A stretch of DNA of 64,000 nt from Tubiluchus corallicola. Lineage: Eukaryota; Animalia; Priapulida. The notes below the pieces were generated by a model. It had not been told where the DNA came from. It worked only from the letters and a program-made list of their open reading frames with translations, and made no database searches. Numbering within the stretch: position 1 is the stretch's first letter; each line of letters opens with the position of its first letter. The stretch lies in assembly GCA_030141605.1 (NCBI GenBank), contig JAQGDQ010000154.1, positions 310,001 to 374,000 of the forward strand, given 5' to 3'. The position numbers were made by a program, and so were the translations under genes. Of the stretch, positions 12,701-26,823 are shown piece by piece.

Positions 12701-15700
12701 TAAATTACAAAATGAATAGTAAATAATGTAAACAAGAAGAGAAAGTAAATTTAAACAAGACCAATAATTCAGCAATTACTCATTTACTGGCAGAGTAAGT
12801 GTTAACAAAAAAGGGCTAATCATAGCAGTAGATTTTTCTTGTGCTGCACAAGTTATTGGTGTGAACTGCCAAGAAAAGGCAAAACAACATTATTAACCGG
12901 AACAAAATTGCAGTGCTCATATCACTGTTCTGACTCCCCTTATTTAACGTCAACCCAATGAAAAGCTGAAGAACTTTCAAAAATTTAGATTATACTAAAT
13001 AAAACTTTATTTAAAAAAATGCATGTCGAGGCGAGGGAAACAAAGGTGTGTGCTTAATGAATGCAGTTAAGCAATGCTTAAGTTGGTCAGTGAATGGATG
13101 GGTTACGTGGGTTAATACACACTCTGGAAATTTCAAAGTACTGACCAGGTTCCGACGCGGAAACAATCACATATATTAAGCAGACTCTGCTCTTAAATGA
13201 TGCATTTTAGTTTACTGAGTGTCAATCTGCATAAAACTGTATAAGCTAATTCTCAACTAGTATATTAATAGGCACATGCGCGCACACACACACACGCCCG
13301 CACGCACGCACGCACACACACACACACACACGCACATACACACAGTCTTACCGCTGCAGTAAGTTTCACAGCCTCACTCTGACTACTAGATACTGGATTC
13401 AGACTTGATTCTAAAGTCTTCACGTACGCCCGTGCCGTGTTGAGACGTAATCTGTACAAATCATGCTGAAAAGCCCGATGCATACCTGGAAAATAAGCAG
13501 TTTATAGTCACGGCAACGGCTACTTGATTAAACCATTTCTAGTTAACAGGCATTTTCACATGATTTGAGCAACGAAAAATTTACAAATTATTTTCATTAA
13601 TCATTTTTATTTAACCACAATCAAATTTGAATTTTGACAGAAGAAACTTACAGGGTTAATAAAGGTTATCAGATAGCAAGAAATAGCTGAGTGGTCACAA
13701 TATGTGCTTGTCTAAACAATGTCAGTCCAGATTAGCCAATAAATAAGTGGAAACTTATTGCCACTAAAAATTGAGAAAGTTGGTTGCGTGAAGTTTTCAT
13801 CCGCCACACCATCGCAACCTTTTTTGTTCTTTCTGTCGTTCAGGAAGGAGGCACGCAGCAAAAGCAGAAAAAGACAAAGACATTTATTTACCGTTGCTCA
13901 TTTTAACAGGCAACACTAACGCTAACAGCTATTTACCGACTTAAACTTACAAGTATACAGGTAAGGACATAAATCACAAACAATGAATATCCTGTAGGGT
14001 GTACGTCCTGGTATTGGCGGCCACTAGATTCGTTCACTGCGTGATTGCAGTACGATATCTAGGCCACTCGACAACCCAACCTAGGACACAGAGCTCTAAC
14101 ACTATTGAAAGTTCCAATCTAATCACAGAAGATTACATTAGATAATGCGCAACATCTGTGGTCTGCGCAATCATTAAGATTAGTGGAGCTGTGTCAAGTG
14201 TCAGTCCATGATACTGGTTTGTGATGTATGAGTTGCATACATAAAAAAGACGTTTTGTAAAATCCATGAAGCTAGTTCATATAACTTCTGTAACATCTTT
14301 TAAATCTTTTTATCATGCTGCAAAGAAAGCTATTAGCTCTACTCTTTTGCTATTATTTGTATTATTCTTATCTCAGCGGCAATACTCCCACTATGTTTAA
14401 CAGCCATTCATGTAGTTACAGTTAATAGTTATCAAAATCACTTAACAGTCTTGAGCGATAGCAAAGATTTTGCTTTAAAAGCATTTTATCTGAAGTCATA
14501 CCAATAGGATTTTCTCTTTCTCGCATCGTTTGGTCGACAAACAACTTCGTCTTCTTTGGCACGTTGAGTTTCTGTAATTGGGCAGCAGGAGGCCCTGCAG
14601 CTGTCATACGCTCTTCGAACACAGCTGTCCTTTTTAGTATTTTTACATATAATCCACCTCCTGAAGAAAGGAAACAAAATAAATCCTCTTTATTTTTAGC
14701 AAGTTTTCAACTTCAACGCATAAACGGGTACAAATTTCATAGTTAGAATATCGGTGAGAGAAAGTGCAAAATTTTAAGTAAACAAATGAGCTGTTAAAAC
14801 TTTGACTTTGGAATGAGCTTTTTCAAAGTTATAGCGATTGATGAAGATCGTGTAAAGGTCAGAGGTTAAGTGTACCAGACAACGCATTTCTGTACACTTT
14901 ACAATGTCTCGCAGTCCATGCTGATGTAATAGTAAGTTTTAACAGCTTGCTAGAACCTCACCTAGTTCATTTTTTCTTCTTCCCAAGCAAGATCCTGCTA
15001 GTAAATCACTCTATGCACAGACTAATGCATAATTAAGTAAAGTACACACAAAAAACTGAAATGACTAAACTGACATGGCAGAAGGCTTTGCTTTACCCAC
15101 ATGTCACATGACGGTTGTAGTTAAAACACATTGCTGTGGTACACTTAACCTTTGACCTACAGCCTTTGAACTGCGCGTGTGTGCAATGAAACTGTGAAAC
15201 TTATTGTCGACGATATAAAAGAACTACAGTAACACAACTGTTACTTATTTAATAAACTATGAAAGACATGAAAAACATTATTTTATTGGCTTTGCTGACC
15301 ATGTCTAGGATGGCATTAATAATTTGTGTTCACACATTTGTGGTGAACAATGTATAATGAAATTTTATTATTTTTTTAAATAAAATTCTTGTTCAAGTGG
15401 GAAATTCCTATTCACTATTCCTATTTCACTGTAGGTACATCGCACTCATACCCCAAGAGTTGCAAAACAGTTGATCTTGGAAAGTCTATTTACCTCTTGT
15501 TAACATGACTAACGTGCTCTCTTCTCTACCGTACCAACCAAATTTCATCCCCGTGACAACATCGTCCACAGTTATGACGTTGACCAAATATTTGTCCTTG
15601 TAAATGTGGACCTGGAAAACACTTCCACATTATAGTATTTTTAAGGCGTTAAAAATACATACACACGTACACATATATGATATACAATACATATACATAC

Positions 15701-18700
15701 ATACATTTAATGTATCATTTGAAAATATTGCTAATCTACAATCTACATTATTTATGTAAAGTTTTCAAACAGTTTTAATTAACCTGACCATCTTATTACA
15801 GAAATTTGTTTACCTAGAGAAGAAAATTTTCAGGAAACACAAAATCAAAAGTGCTTTTAAAATCTATATGAAATCCCTATGGTATCTTTATGGAATCCTT
15901 AAGAAATATACTCTCGAATTAAAATCTTTTATCGTACGACTATCTTAGAAAGACAATTCCTCTACTAAACTTGTTGTGGAACAAAAGTCTCAAGTACAAC
16001 ACACAATGTCATTTCCTCCTAGAATATGTGAGATATTTTTAATGCATTTAGAGGGCTGTTACAGTAAAAAATGCAAAACATCCATACATACAGTTGCACT
16101 CAGGTAGAATAGGCAGAAAAGTTTTATTTAGATTTGTCTTCTACTATGTGAAATTCACTGATACGCATGTAATTCAAAAATCGTGCTTTGACATAGATCA
16201 TGTTTTTTTTGTATTTTGTTTTCGAATGCAGAGAAATTGCTTTAAAAACTTGTATCCACATTACATTATTTTTTAGTATTTGCAGACATGCAACAAATTC
16301 ATAAATGCAGAACACATGTTAATTAGCATTAATTAAAACAAAGCATACCTCACAATTTGTAAGAGCTACTAAGATAGCTTTGAAACCCCGTCTTTGATGA
16401 ACCATCAATTCTACAGTCGTAAGATCGGCTGGCAACGTTAAATTCCATAATCTTTTTCCCTACAAAATAATTTAAATATTTCAGTATCCTCATCTTCACA
16501 GTATTTATACAGTTAGATATCTGCAAATGGGAGCCCAGACACTAAGTGGCAGAGTTGAGGCCGGATCGGAATCTAGTTCAATATCAAGAACAACTTTCTT
16601 GAAACATATAACTGATTAAAGTTCTTAGCCATTTTCAGGAATATATAGACTCCTTCAACAAAGTACAGAACTGGGGAGTAAGCCAGATGAAAATATCCAG
16701 AAGTAGTTTTCCTCATGTGAATTATCCATTTAATGGCCAAGCTTATTACAGCTGAACTTCGGTAGCAAAGCACACACTATCATCATTTAGTTATTTCCCG
16801 TGCCACAAAATGCCACGACTAAAAGCTCAGCAAATACGTTAAAAAGCATGCATAATTGCAAAACGATTGGAGAAGCTCTAGTTTTGATTAACTATGTCTT
16901 GTTAGTCAAATTCAAATAAGCAGGAACAATTTTGTACAATTTATATCATCTCTGCATCTGCAAGTATGCGGAAATAACACATTATGTGCACACATAAAAA
17001 GGAACACTACAATGATTGATTGTTTACAGCACTTTATCTATATATACTGCCTACCTTAGTCGTGTAGCACCGTAATGTTTGGTCCATACATCCAATGACA
17101 ATGTTCTTGTTGTATCTGATTAAACCAACTGCAAGAGAATCTAATTCTATTGCGGGTAGTGTAGCACTAATGCCCCTATAATAATAAATGTATATTATAA
17201 AGATCGCTGGGTTAGAATCAACTAATTGTTTAAGAAAAACGTTTTACAGTTTTTCTCGTCTTACATTTGCTATTTCGTTTTCATCATCTACTCCACTTTA
17301 ACCCTAACCCCTGATTCTTTCTCTTTGTTAACATCTCAAGTACTCTGAGTTCTGGCTCATGTAACTCATACTACAAGTCACAAATAATCAAGCAAGGTTT
17401 TTACATTAGAAATGTGTTATTATCAAAAAAAATTTAACGCAGGTGTAAGAAATATAATTTGTACGCAAAATACAAATACTGATTGCAGGTCATTATATTA
17501 ATTTCATAATTTTAAAGTTCACTTCTACGCATTTTCTGAATAATGATTCATCTTCATGCCGGACAAACAAATATTAGTTGTATTTACAATTAGCTACTGG
17601 TTAACATCTGACGTCTATATAAAATTTTAACACAACTTAGATGTTGCATTGTCTCAAAGGGCTGGCATACTAATCAGTAGTATAATCATAATACAGCTCT
17701 TTCTATTGACATGACTTTTTAAGGCAGTTTTTATTTCATTAAATGATACCTTTTCAACATGTATATGTTACTATCCCTGCAAGCAACAATAATGCGAAAG
17801 TCCACATCAAACAATCCGGTAACATTTAGTAATGCTGGAACATCAGGCACCTGTAACTATATAAACAAATGTTTGAAAGCTTCCGGTAACATTTAGTAAC
17901 GCTGGATCATCAGGCACCTGTAACTATATAAACAAATGTTTGAAAGCTTCCGGTAACATTTAGTAACGCTGGATCATCAGGCACCTGTAACTATATAAAC
18001 AAATGTTTGTAAGTTTAACTACAAGCATAAACAAAAGCATGAGTATGCACTCAAAACTTAGTATAGTATAGTAATAGAAATATAATAACACTTAATGAAG
18101 TCTATTATCTACTTTTTCTACAAATATTTGGGTAATCTAATATAAAAATCATTATACACATTGATTTGTAATTTTTGTTTTTATATTTTCCTCCAGTCTC
18201 AGCAAGCTCTTACATGAGTCAAAAGGGGCCTTGGGCAAGTTTTTTTATATATTTTTTGGCGAGAATCCATTGCTTGTAGATGAGATTCTTGCAATTATTA
18301 CAAAATTTAACTGTCTCCATTTTACACATGATTAATTTCCATAATTAACTTCTTAATTTGAGTTTGATTCACACCAAGAATTATGGATTCTTATAACACC
18401 AATACAGTCTCACTAAACGATGCTAATGCATTCTCGCACAATGTGACGTTAAGCGAAACATCGTTAAGCGGGGAGTCGGTAAGCGAGGACTTACTGTATT
18501 TCAATTACGTTCTTTATCATTGAAGTATCACATCTTGCAATCAGCACAGTTTAGCTATAATCTCTGTGCACAACTTTTAACAAATTATTATGATTATTAT
18601 AGTGGAATTTGCTGAGCTGATAGGCATCACTTGACCTCTAAATGAGCTTAAAAAATCTATTCTTCTTATACAACATTTTACTGTGTTCATTTTAAAAAAC

Positions 18701-21700
18701 TTTAATATATAGTTACCATGCTTAACACTGTAAATGCCTCAGGATCTAGAATATAAATTTCCCTATTCTCAGTTCCTAGTACCAGACAGCTGACAGCATC
18801 TGGATCTGCCATAGACTTCTTCATAGTGTCCAAGCATGTGATGACCGTTTGCCTCTTCAAAGGAGCGTGTTTATGTAGTTGGACAAAGTGTACCATTTCA
18901 TCTTTGGATAACATCAAGAACCTATCAGAAAAAAATTCAACGAAGATGAACTTTGACAAAATTTCCATTTGATTATGAATTATTTATGAGGTAACCCATT
19001 AAGCTTGAGTGATCAATGAGATGCTATGCTGAATTACAAGAAAGAGAAAAGTATTCAAAAGCAAGTGTTTTTGAAATTTATGCTCCTCAAACAAGTTTAC
19101 CATGTAGAAACGGGTGCTTCACACACAATTATGCACAATTTCCTGGCAGTCTGGAAACTCTGGGCAGTTGTAGACTACATGCATTAGTAAGCTTGAAGAA
19201 ATATACTTTTTTTGGCCATATATCTATCTCTCTAGACTATTAAACCAAAAACGATTAAAGCGTTAATTTTAATTCGTATTTAGCTAGATAACACGAGCAA
19301 AATGTGCTTAGATAGATAAAAAATTACCGTTGAGAACGAGTTGTCAATCCGCGTTCGGTGACTTCTGACCTAAAATTCAGCAAAAAATAAGTCGCACACG
19401 GGTCATACGGCATGCAAGCCAAGCCATACAGCTCACTGATATAATTTTTAGAATTAATATCTAAAATAAACATTTTTTATTTTTCAATTTAACATATTTC
19501 ATATTTGTAGCATTAAAGGAAAGGCCAAGCCTTCAAGGAGGTTACAGTTATTTCAATGATCACGAAAAATGTTGAAAGGATTTAGTAATAAAACTGCAAT
19601 AAGCGTCTCGTGTAACTAGTAAAGTCACTTTACAGACACGATCACTTCATGCTTGAGCGCTCTCCTTTTGAACGCCCATTCTTCTCCCAATGACGTAATT
19701 TGTCTTGAAGAAAAGTAGTGCACTGTAATCTTCCCCAAAACTAAAATAAGTTTTTACCCAAAATAGATAGCTAATATTTTTAGGGAACATTAGGGAAGCT
19801 GCACAAGTTTGAATTAGTTTAAGCAGCGCGTGCTTATAGAAAGTCATGACACACTCACGAAAAGTCACAAACTCTCCCATTGAACTAATGATTTTCAAGT
19901 TAATGGCAGCACTCACCAAGCCTGAAAATTTCTATTCAGAGGTAGCATACTATATTTCAAATTTATACTTTAGGGGGAGATCTTTGCAAATTTCTTTGTT
20001 ATATTTTTCTATGTTTAAGAGATAAAAGTAAAACAAACCCAACATGCTGACTGACTTGTTCTTTCCTTTAGCTATAATATGTTACTAATTACAGCCATTT
20101 ATAATGTTACTACAGCAATTCAACATGATTATATAATCAAATTTGGCTTCTATAGTTCATCTACACACCTTATTCCTTCTAACATCTCCTTCATCGTTAC
20201 AATGTCAATCGAATCTTGCTTGGCTTGCTCCCATACTTCCCTCTCATTCAAATTAATAGGTAAAGGAGGTAACGTAAATTTAAAGTACGGCCGGAGATTC
20301 TTGTACACGTAGATGTAGGAGCCAGACGCAACAGCTATTGCTGGAAGAAAAACACAATTAAACAACGTAACAACTTTGTTACAAATATTGTGTTTTTAAA
20401 CTAGGCACAGTATTTGTATTTTAACAAGTCCTTTGTATAGGTTTTACACGTCAAATGTAGACACATGAAAGTTCAAATGTGACTTAGGTAAGTCAATGTA
20501 GACATAGGAATTTCGAATGTGTTTTGGTAACTCAAATGTGACTTAGGTAAGTCAAATGTAGATGCGGTACTTTGAATAAATCGGTAATTAATTCATTTAA
20601 GTGCAAATTACAAAAAGATAAAACCAAGTTAAAATTATATTTTATGGTCACGGTGCTATCGGCAGCATCAATTTTTATTATATTTAATTAATTTGCAACT
20701 ATTTGTAAGGACGTTAATACATTTTTCAAATGTAAAGAAAATGTTTATTTGATAAGAACACTTAAAAGTGTTGTACATAAATATGTTAACAATTGACTCG
20801 ACATGTGTCTACATTTGACTTACCAAAAACGCTTAAGATTTTTTGAAAACCATTGTTAACACATTTGAACTACCTAAGTCTACATTTGAGTTACCAAGAC
20901 ACATTTGAATTAACTAAATCTACATTTGAGTTAACGCAGGTCTACATTTGACATGTAAAACCTATATTAACAGGTTATAGTATGAGGATCGGCCGTGCGT
21001 AACCGTTTACATTTGATCGTGTTTGAGAGGAACAAGATGTAGAAGCATTTCATGCAGAAAAAAGACTCCTTTTTAGCAAACGTTGATTTTGTGAACTTAT
21101 ACAAAAAAATTTCACTTGGTCACCCAGACAGCAGACATACGAAATCTTCAGCATTATTTTATTTACGAAGCACAAAACAGGATATTTTGAATAATATTGA
21201 TCAATATACCTGTTTGCATTAAATCAAATTAAAATAAAGTGAAAAAAGTGTATTAGGGATACTCCACACACTCACAATGCCAGCGATTGTAAAAAGTTAA
21301 CCAGAGACGTTGTAAAAGGTTAACCTGAGAGAGATTTGCTGAAAATGTCACCATAAATACTCACCTGGCACTCTAGGTTCGTTCAAATCAATATGAAATG
21401 TCACAACTCCCGTCGGTAAGTCAATGATAGTGTTTTCTGACATCAAACTCGTACCTGAAAACATCGGATATGATGATCTTATCTACAGGTAGTTGTGGAG
21501 TTACGACCGCAATCGGTTTTGCAAACCGGTCGTAAGACTACTTGGATGCATGTTCAAGTGGTGGGTCCTTATGCGTAATATGGTGAAACTGTACGCGCAC
21601 TAAGTACAGCAGTGCCTACGAATAAATCTGCGCAACAGACAGTGATTTAAAATTAATTTGTTTAAGAAGAAGAAGGAAATATGAGTTATTACATTCTCTT

Positions 21701-23574
21701 TACTATTATATTTTCTTTTGACTTTTCTACGGTTTTCTTTCTACTAACTGTAACATAACTCTTCTTTGTTTTTCTCCTCTCCTCCTCGATCATCTTCATT
21801 CTTTATTTCACATTTCATGGCGACTTAACAAGGTTCCCTTTACAACTACCATGCAGTATACTTTCATATAGTACGTTTAGGGAGTCAGAATTTTTTTTAT
21901 TTTTTTGTTGTTGTTTTTTCAATTATACAGAAAAAGTTGTACATGTATAAGTTGTATTATTGTAGTTTGCTTCTTTGCTGGTGAAATAAACTGAATTTGA
22001 AATTATTAGTTTTGTATAATTTATTAAGTTGTAGTCCGTACCAAAGTTGAATAGTCGTAAGTTGCATTGGACGTAATTCGAAGACTGACTGTATTGCCAT
22101 AAACCGACATATCTTAGAAAATAAAAAAGGATTAGCACAAATTTACCTTTATATACTTTTAGTTTCATGTCATACCGACCGGTTCCCAAGTCGGCAATGA
22201 TAAGTTTGTATTCACCATCTGCATGTAGGTCATCAAGGCACATACAATGCGTGAAAGAGTAGATCGTTGCAAGCGGATCATTGAATGCATCCAACCATTT
22301 TGAATTACCATCACTGCAAGTAAAATTATGATTATACAGACAACATTATTTTGTCATCGTAGTCGCCATCACCACCATCATCTTCACGTTTTTTGCTGTT
22401 CGAAACATATCGAAACCCGAAAGTTCTCCTAAAAACCTAGGCGTAAAAACTTACATTCAATAATATGGCAATTGCTCCATTTTAGTGACTAATTAATGTC
22501 TTGAACTTTAGTCATTATTGAAATATGATTTAATGCATTTTAGTATAGCTTAGTAGCATTACAGCATTACTTATATATACATGATCTCAATTCCAGTATT
22601 ATTAATTAATGATCAATAAAACAAATCAAATGGTTGAAAATTCCAAATTCTCTTGGCAAATAGTTATCATTCAGTGACAATTTCACTAAATGTGACATTA
22701 ATTTTAAATTTGTTTGTTCAAGCTTGCTTATTTCATATCAACACAAATACAATACAAATGTTTAAAAAATACAAATTACAATAACTTGGTTCCTAACATT
22801 ATTAGGCCTACTACACGTATTATTAGATAAGTAAGATTTGATAAGACACTAGACATATATTAAACAATTTGTGTCGCAGCCAATGAATAATACTTTTCAT
22901 ACCATACAAAAGCTTAAATAACTGTAACTACTTTTGTCTGACAATAGATTTAAAAAAGGATGGCTGCTTCAGCTTGAATATGTCTGTAGGTGAGAGAAGT
23001 ATTGATACGAATGGATAAACACTATTAATTACTGCACTTCAGGGCATATATATTATAACTAATCACTCCTACATAAAACAGGAATGCTGAACTAGTTTGT
23101 ATGTTATAAAATACTATCACACAAGTACAATTACAGTTCAGAATTCTTGTATCTACAGCCATATTACGCAATCAAATAATTTTTAATTCTGAAAAAATAA
23201 CTAGCAAATACGTTTTATCTTCAATCGACATTTTATTTCCACTCGTTTTATTACTGCATTGCAGTTTAGACTGCATTGATGTGTTTACCGATAGCAATTA
23301 AACTGTAATTCAACAATTCGGAAAGCAAATAAATTATTCTAATTCTGAATTAAGTTTTCATTTACCTAATAGTAATACAGGTTGATCATTTCTATAAAAA
23401 ATTTTCAGCGATTACAAACTCATTTAAATATCAAATAATATGTGTGTGTCTGGGCAATACAAATATGAGTTACTGAGTAGTACTAGTATTAGTGTCGCAC
23501 CTGTCTTGGCGATCAGCAAGGGGCTGCAAATCTTGTTTCGCATTTCTAGTTTTTACTCCTGCTGATTCCGCCAT
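9710..23574 (-). CDS. BBS1: Bardet-Biedl syndrome 1 protein (BBSome core subunit), 15 exons, about 602 aa
   Basis: Exons in transcript order: 23574-23501, 22313-22147, 21454-21365, 20340-20169, 19369-19328, 18921-18717, 17856-17750, 17175-17055, 16459-16349, 15611-15494, 14660-14502, 13485-13352, 12699-12565, 11096-11010, 9796-9710. All introns are GT-AG with consistent phases; total 1809 nt. Diagnostic peptides: [107 protein letters not shown]. Confidence 0.95.
10117..10795 (+). mobile_element. Internally deleted Tc1/mariner element (DUF4817-HTH type transposase remnant) in the last BBS1 intron
   Basis: TA|CAGGGTGTCTATAAAGTCT...AGACTTTATAGACACCCTG|TA. The N-terminus [16 protein letters not shown]...YRTKYGRDP (from 10299) is fused directly to the C-terminus [20 protein letters not shown]...[15 protein letters not shown]; the DDD core is missing. 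Confidence 0.9.
13280..13344. repeat. (CA)n/(CGCA)n microsatellite next to a BBS1 donor site
   Basis: Directly visible, a few bp inside the intron after exon 13485-13352. Confidence 0.9.
14812..15207 (+). mobile_element. MITE family copy, shared with 45591-46327
   Basis: Shares CCAGACAACGCATTT, TATGCACAGACTAATGCATAATTA and GGCTTTGCTTTACCCACATGTCAC with 45944-46327. Internal inverted pair AGGTCAGAGGTTAAGTGTACCA / TGGTACACTTAACCTTTGACCT. Confidence 0.75.
17815..18009. repeat. 67-bp tandem repeat, about 3 copies, spanning the BBS1 exon 7 acceptor
   Basis: Unit TCCGGTAACATTTAGTAA(T/C)GCTGGA(A/T)CATCAGGCACCTGTAACTATATAAACAAATGTTTGAAAGCT starts at 17815, 17882 and 17949. Confidence 0.95.
18405..18496. 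mobile_element. Minimal pogo/Tigger-like MITE related to 52882-53379
   Basis: TA|CAGTCTCACTAAACGATGCTAATGC...GTAAGCGAGGACTTACTG|TA; same subterminal CGTTAAGCG motifs as the longer copy. Confidence 0.65.
20436..20966. mobile_element. MITE with long TIRs and about 21-bp subterminal repeats
   Basis: TATAGGTTTTACACGTCAAATGTAGAC and GTCTACATTTGACATGTAAAACCTATA; internal CAAATGT repeats are mirrored as ACATTTG. Confidence 0.85.
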
Positions 23575-24269
23575 TGTACTGCTATAATGGTGTCAAATAT
23601 TCCATAATTCACATTTTTTTAAATTAGACGTGCGATTACTGGTATTTTTATAAATGCCAAATTAGTTATTAAAATTATTTAAATAATGCAAGATTTTGTA
23701 TGCTGGCATCCACTGTTATAAACACGCAAAACAGACGAACTTCGACTTTTACGCTGGTGTTAATTGGCACGATTTCTGGTTTCTCCTATTGCCTAGTCCA
23801 AACATTAAGAAAAACAGAAATAAGGTGTTTTGTTCATTACTGCCATAATAAATTTGAATAAAGTTTGCGTTGCAGTTTTTCTTGTGTATTAGAATTAAAG
23901 CTCAAAGCATTAATTAATTTTAGAGTAATGAAGATTTTAATTTTTTTATTTCCTAATTACATTAGCTTTGTATTGGCCTAACTACTGCTGAAACTGTTAA
24001 CTGAGTAATTGATAATGATACTTGTGATGCTCGTCGGCCCGATAATGGGCCGCAGTTGGGTTGCTGGTCTTGGGGTTTGTAGCCGGTTTTGAGTACCTTT
24101 AGGTTTAAGTTACCCTAACATCAATTAACTGAATTGAAACTTAAATTTAACTCACACTTTAATGTCATAAAATTATTTTAAACATTAATGCCATTTTAAA
24201 TTAGGCTTAATCATATGAATATGAGGCGATTGCTGCTACTGTTTTAGCAATATTAGATGATATGGCAGA

Positions 24270-26320
24270 AAAAAGCTGCCTGGAGAAAGCATCAAAAAGA
24301 CAGCTTCTCGTGCCAATTATGAACGATGCGCTCGAATTAGGAATGATGTTACAACATTAATTAGAACAGTGAGCGAAATAGAAACTTTGAGCGAAAATTG
24401 TCAGAAGAATGTGGAAGTAATCCTAAAGCTTTCTGGGCATATGTAAATTCTAACTTAATGAAAAAAGAAGGAGTGATAGCCATAAAAAGAGAAGATGGTA
24501 GTATTGCCATTACTGATCAAGAAAAGGCTAATGAATTACAGAATTTTTTCACATCTGTTTGCACAAACGAAGATACAAGCCAAATTCCTCAACTACTACC
24601 AGTAACTGAGTATAAACTTGAGGTATGTAACATCAGTGAATTAGAACTTAGTACAAAAGTTAAAAGTATGAAGGCTAAAAAATCTATGGGCCCTGATGGA
24701 ATCCATGCAAGCATAATCAAGAATAATGAAGATATGCTTATAAGTCCAATGCTACAAATAATGAGTCAAAGTTTATCCAGTAGTATATTACCATCGAGCT
24801 GGAAAATAGCCAGAGTTTCTGCCATCCACAAGAAAGGCAAAAGAGACTTAGCAAAAAATTACAGACCTATCAGTGTGACATCTGTTGTTTATAAATTGCT
24901 AGAAGGAATACTAAGGGATAAAATCTACAACTTCATTACTGAATGTAATCTTATTAGTGATAGTCAACACGGCTTCAGAACTGGTAGATCTTGTATTACA
25001 AATCTATTAGTTTCACTTGAAGAATGGATGGATTTACTTGATAATAAAGGCGAAGTTGATGTTATCTATTACGACTTTCTATAAGCATTTGATTGAGTCC
25101 CTCATCTGAGACTGCTTCAAAAACTTGAGTGATACGGAATTTGTGGTCACCTGCTAAAATGGATTAATAGTTTTCTCTGTAGGAGAAAGTAATGTGTAGT
25201 AGTCAATGGGCAAGAATCAGAATGGGCAAATGTGACCAGCGGTATACCACAGGGAAGTGTGCTTGGACCTATTTTATTTACTATTTGCATAAATGATCTT
25301 CCTGAAGTTTTCAACTGCGGTAAAAGCCTGTTTGCAGATGACACTAAAATATATTGAAAAGCATACTGCCTGGATGATTTTGAGGTCATGCAGAATAATA
25401 TTAACTATGCTGACCAATGGTGTCACCAATGGCAAATGGAATTTAACACCGAAAAATGTAAGCTCCTGACTATTCGAAGGTATGACATTGTTGGTCGTAT
25501 ATAAAGTGGGACATGCACAAAGTTCTAGAGAAATTATAGGCGTCTCAGAAGAAAAAAATCTGGGTATCACCATCGGCAGTATGCTTCATTTTCAAACTTA
25601 TATAAAGAACATTGTTAATAATGCACATGGAAGACTGACTTTAATCAAACGTAGTTTCTCTTATCTTGATGGATCTATGGTGACCAAGCTATATAAATCA
25701 ATGGTTCGCCCTATATTGGATTATGGTGATGTGATATGGAGCCCAAATCGTCAAAACATGATAAGGAAAATTGAAAGTGTACAACGTCGAGCTACTAGAC
25801 TCGTACCTGCTGTTTCTCGTTTACCATATGCTGCAAGACTTAAGAATCTGGGCTTTACAACTCTGAAGTATAGATACAAAAGACAAGATTTAATTCAAAC
25901 GTTTTGCATCCTTAACGGTATAGAAACCATCAACAGCGAAATATTTTTCCATCGACAGACATCATGGTACCAGAGGTCATTTCTGCAAAATCAAGAAGAG
26001 AACAGTTCCCCAAAGGTGGAGTAGAAGGAGGTTCACATTTGCAAGGCGACTAATTAATGAGTGGAACATGCTGCCTGACACTGTAGTTCAAGCCTCCAAT
26101 CCTGCCCAGTTTAATTTTCGTCTTGATAGACACTGGAAATGCAATCCTGAAAAATAAATGGACTCCAGTTTGCCCCAATGACAACAGGAAACCTTGTGCC
26201 ACACTTCATGATCGCAGTGTGGCCACCTATTTTGTTCAATTTTATATTAATAAAGTAAACAAGGAAGATGGAGAGGTCCATAATTTATGCTTAACCTCTG
26301 TCCTTCGACGGTAACGGATA
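24270..26320 (+). mobile_element. 5'-truncated, decayed CR1-group LINE (ORF2 RT pseudogene)
   Basis: NPKAFWAYVN, KSMGPDGIH, NYRPISVTS, QHGFRTGRSC, SGIPQGSVLGPILF, LFADDTK, LYKSMVRPILDYG, IESVQRRATR. Several stops (e.g. 25082-25084) and frameshifts; no endonuclease domain. Confidence 0.92.
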
Positions 26321-26823
26321 TTAAACAGTATGCCAATAATGATAGTATTGACCTTTGAACAGTAATGTATTAATGAACATACTTTACTTAATACTCGTCT
26401 ATGCTATCTTCTTTGTTATATGTACCAGAGTTATATATTAAGTAGTACCTGTAGCCTTACTCAGGTGCTAAAGCACCACAGATCGGGTAAATTTGCCGAG
26501 CCTAAAATTTGTAACTTAAAAATCAAATGAATTTTCCAAAAAAAGTATTTCTATTAAAAATATTTCTGAGTGATGACTGTAAATTAGGAAAAAACATGAC
26601 ATTGTAGCAGATCTTGTAAACACTTTGCCCTCTGGTAAATTGGTGAATATTATGCTTAAAAAATATGCAAAATATGTTTACTTTTTTTAATTATTTTCAG
26701 ATGGTGTCCAGTTCTATTGCTGCTGCTGAAACAAGGTGTATTGTTGCAGTTTAATGCAGAGTGCTGTATACACAGTGAGTTTTCAAAAGAAGCAATTTTT
26801 TCTTGCTGTGTTGTATCATTTAA

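Noticed and set aside
17880-17985. CTGATGA in the minus strand of the duplicated BBS1 units, suggesting tandem hammerheads
   Set aside because: No GAAA after a stem II and no stems I/III; the motif arises from one substitution in exon-derived sequence.
23575-23850. RFX X-box expected upstream of BBS1
   Set aside because: Only poor partial matches (e.g. ATTGCCTAGTCCAAAC); no supportable site.
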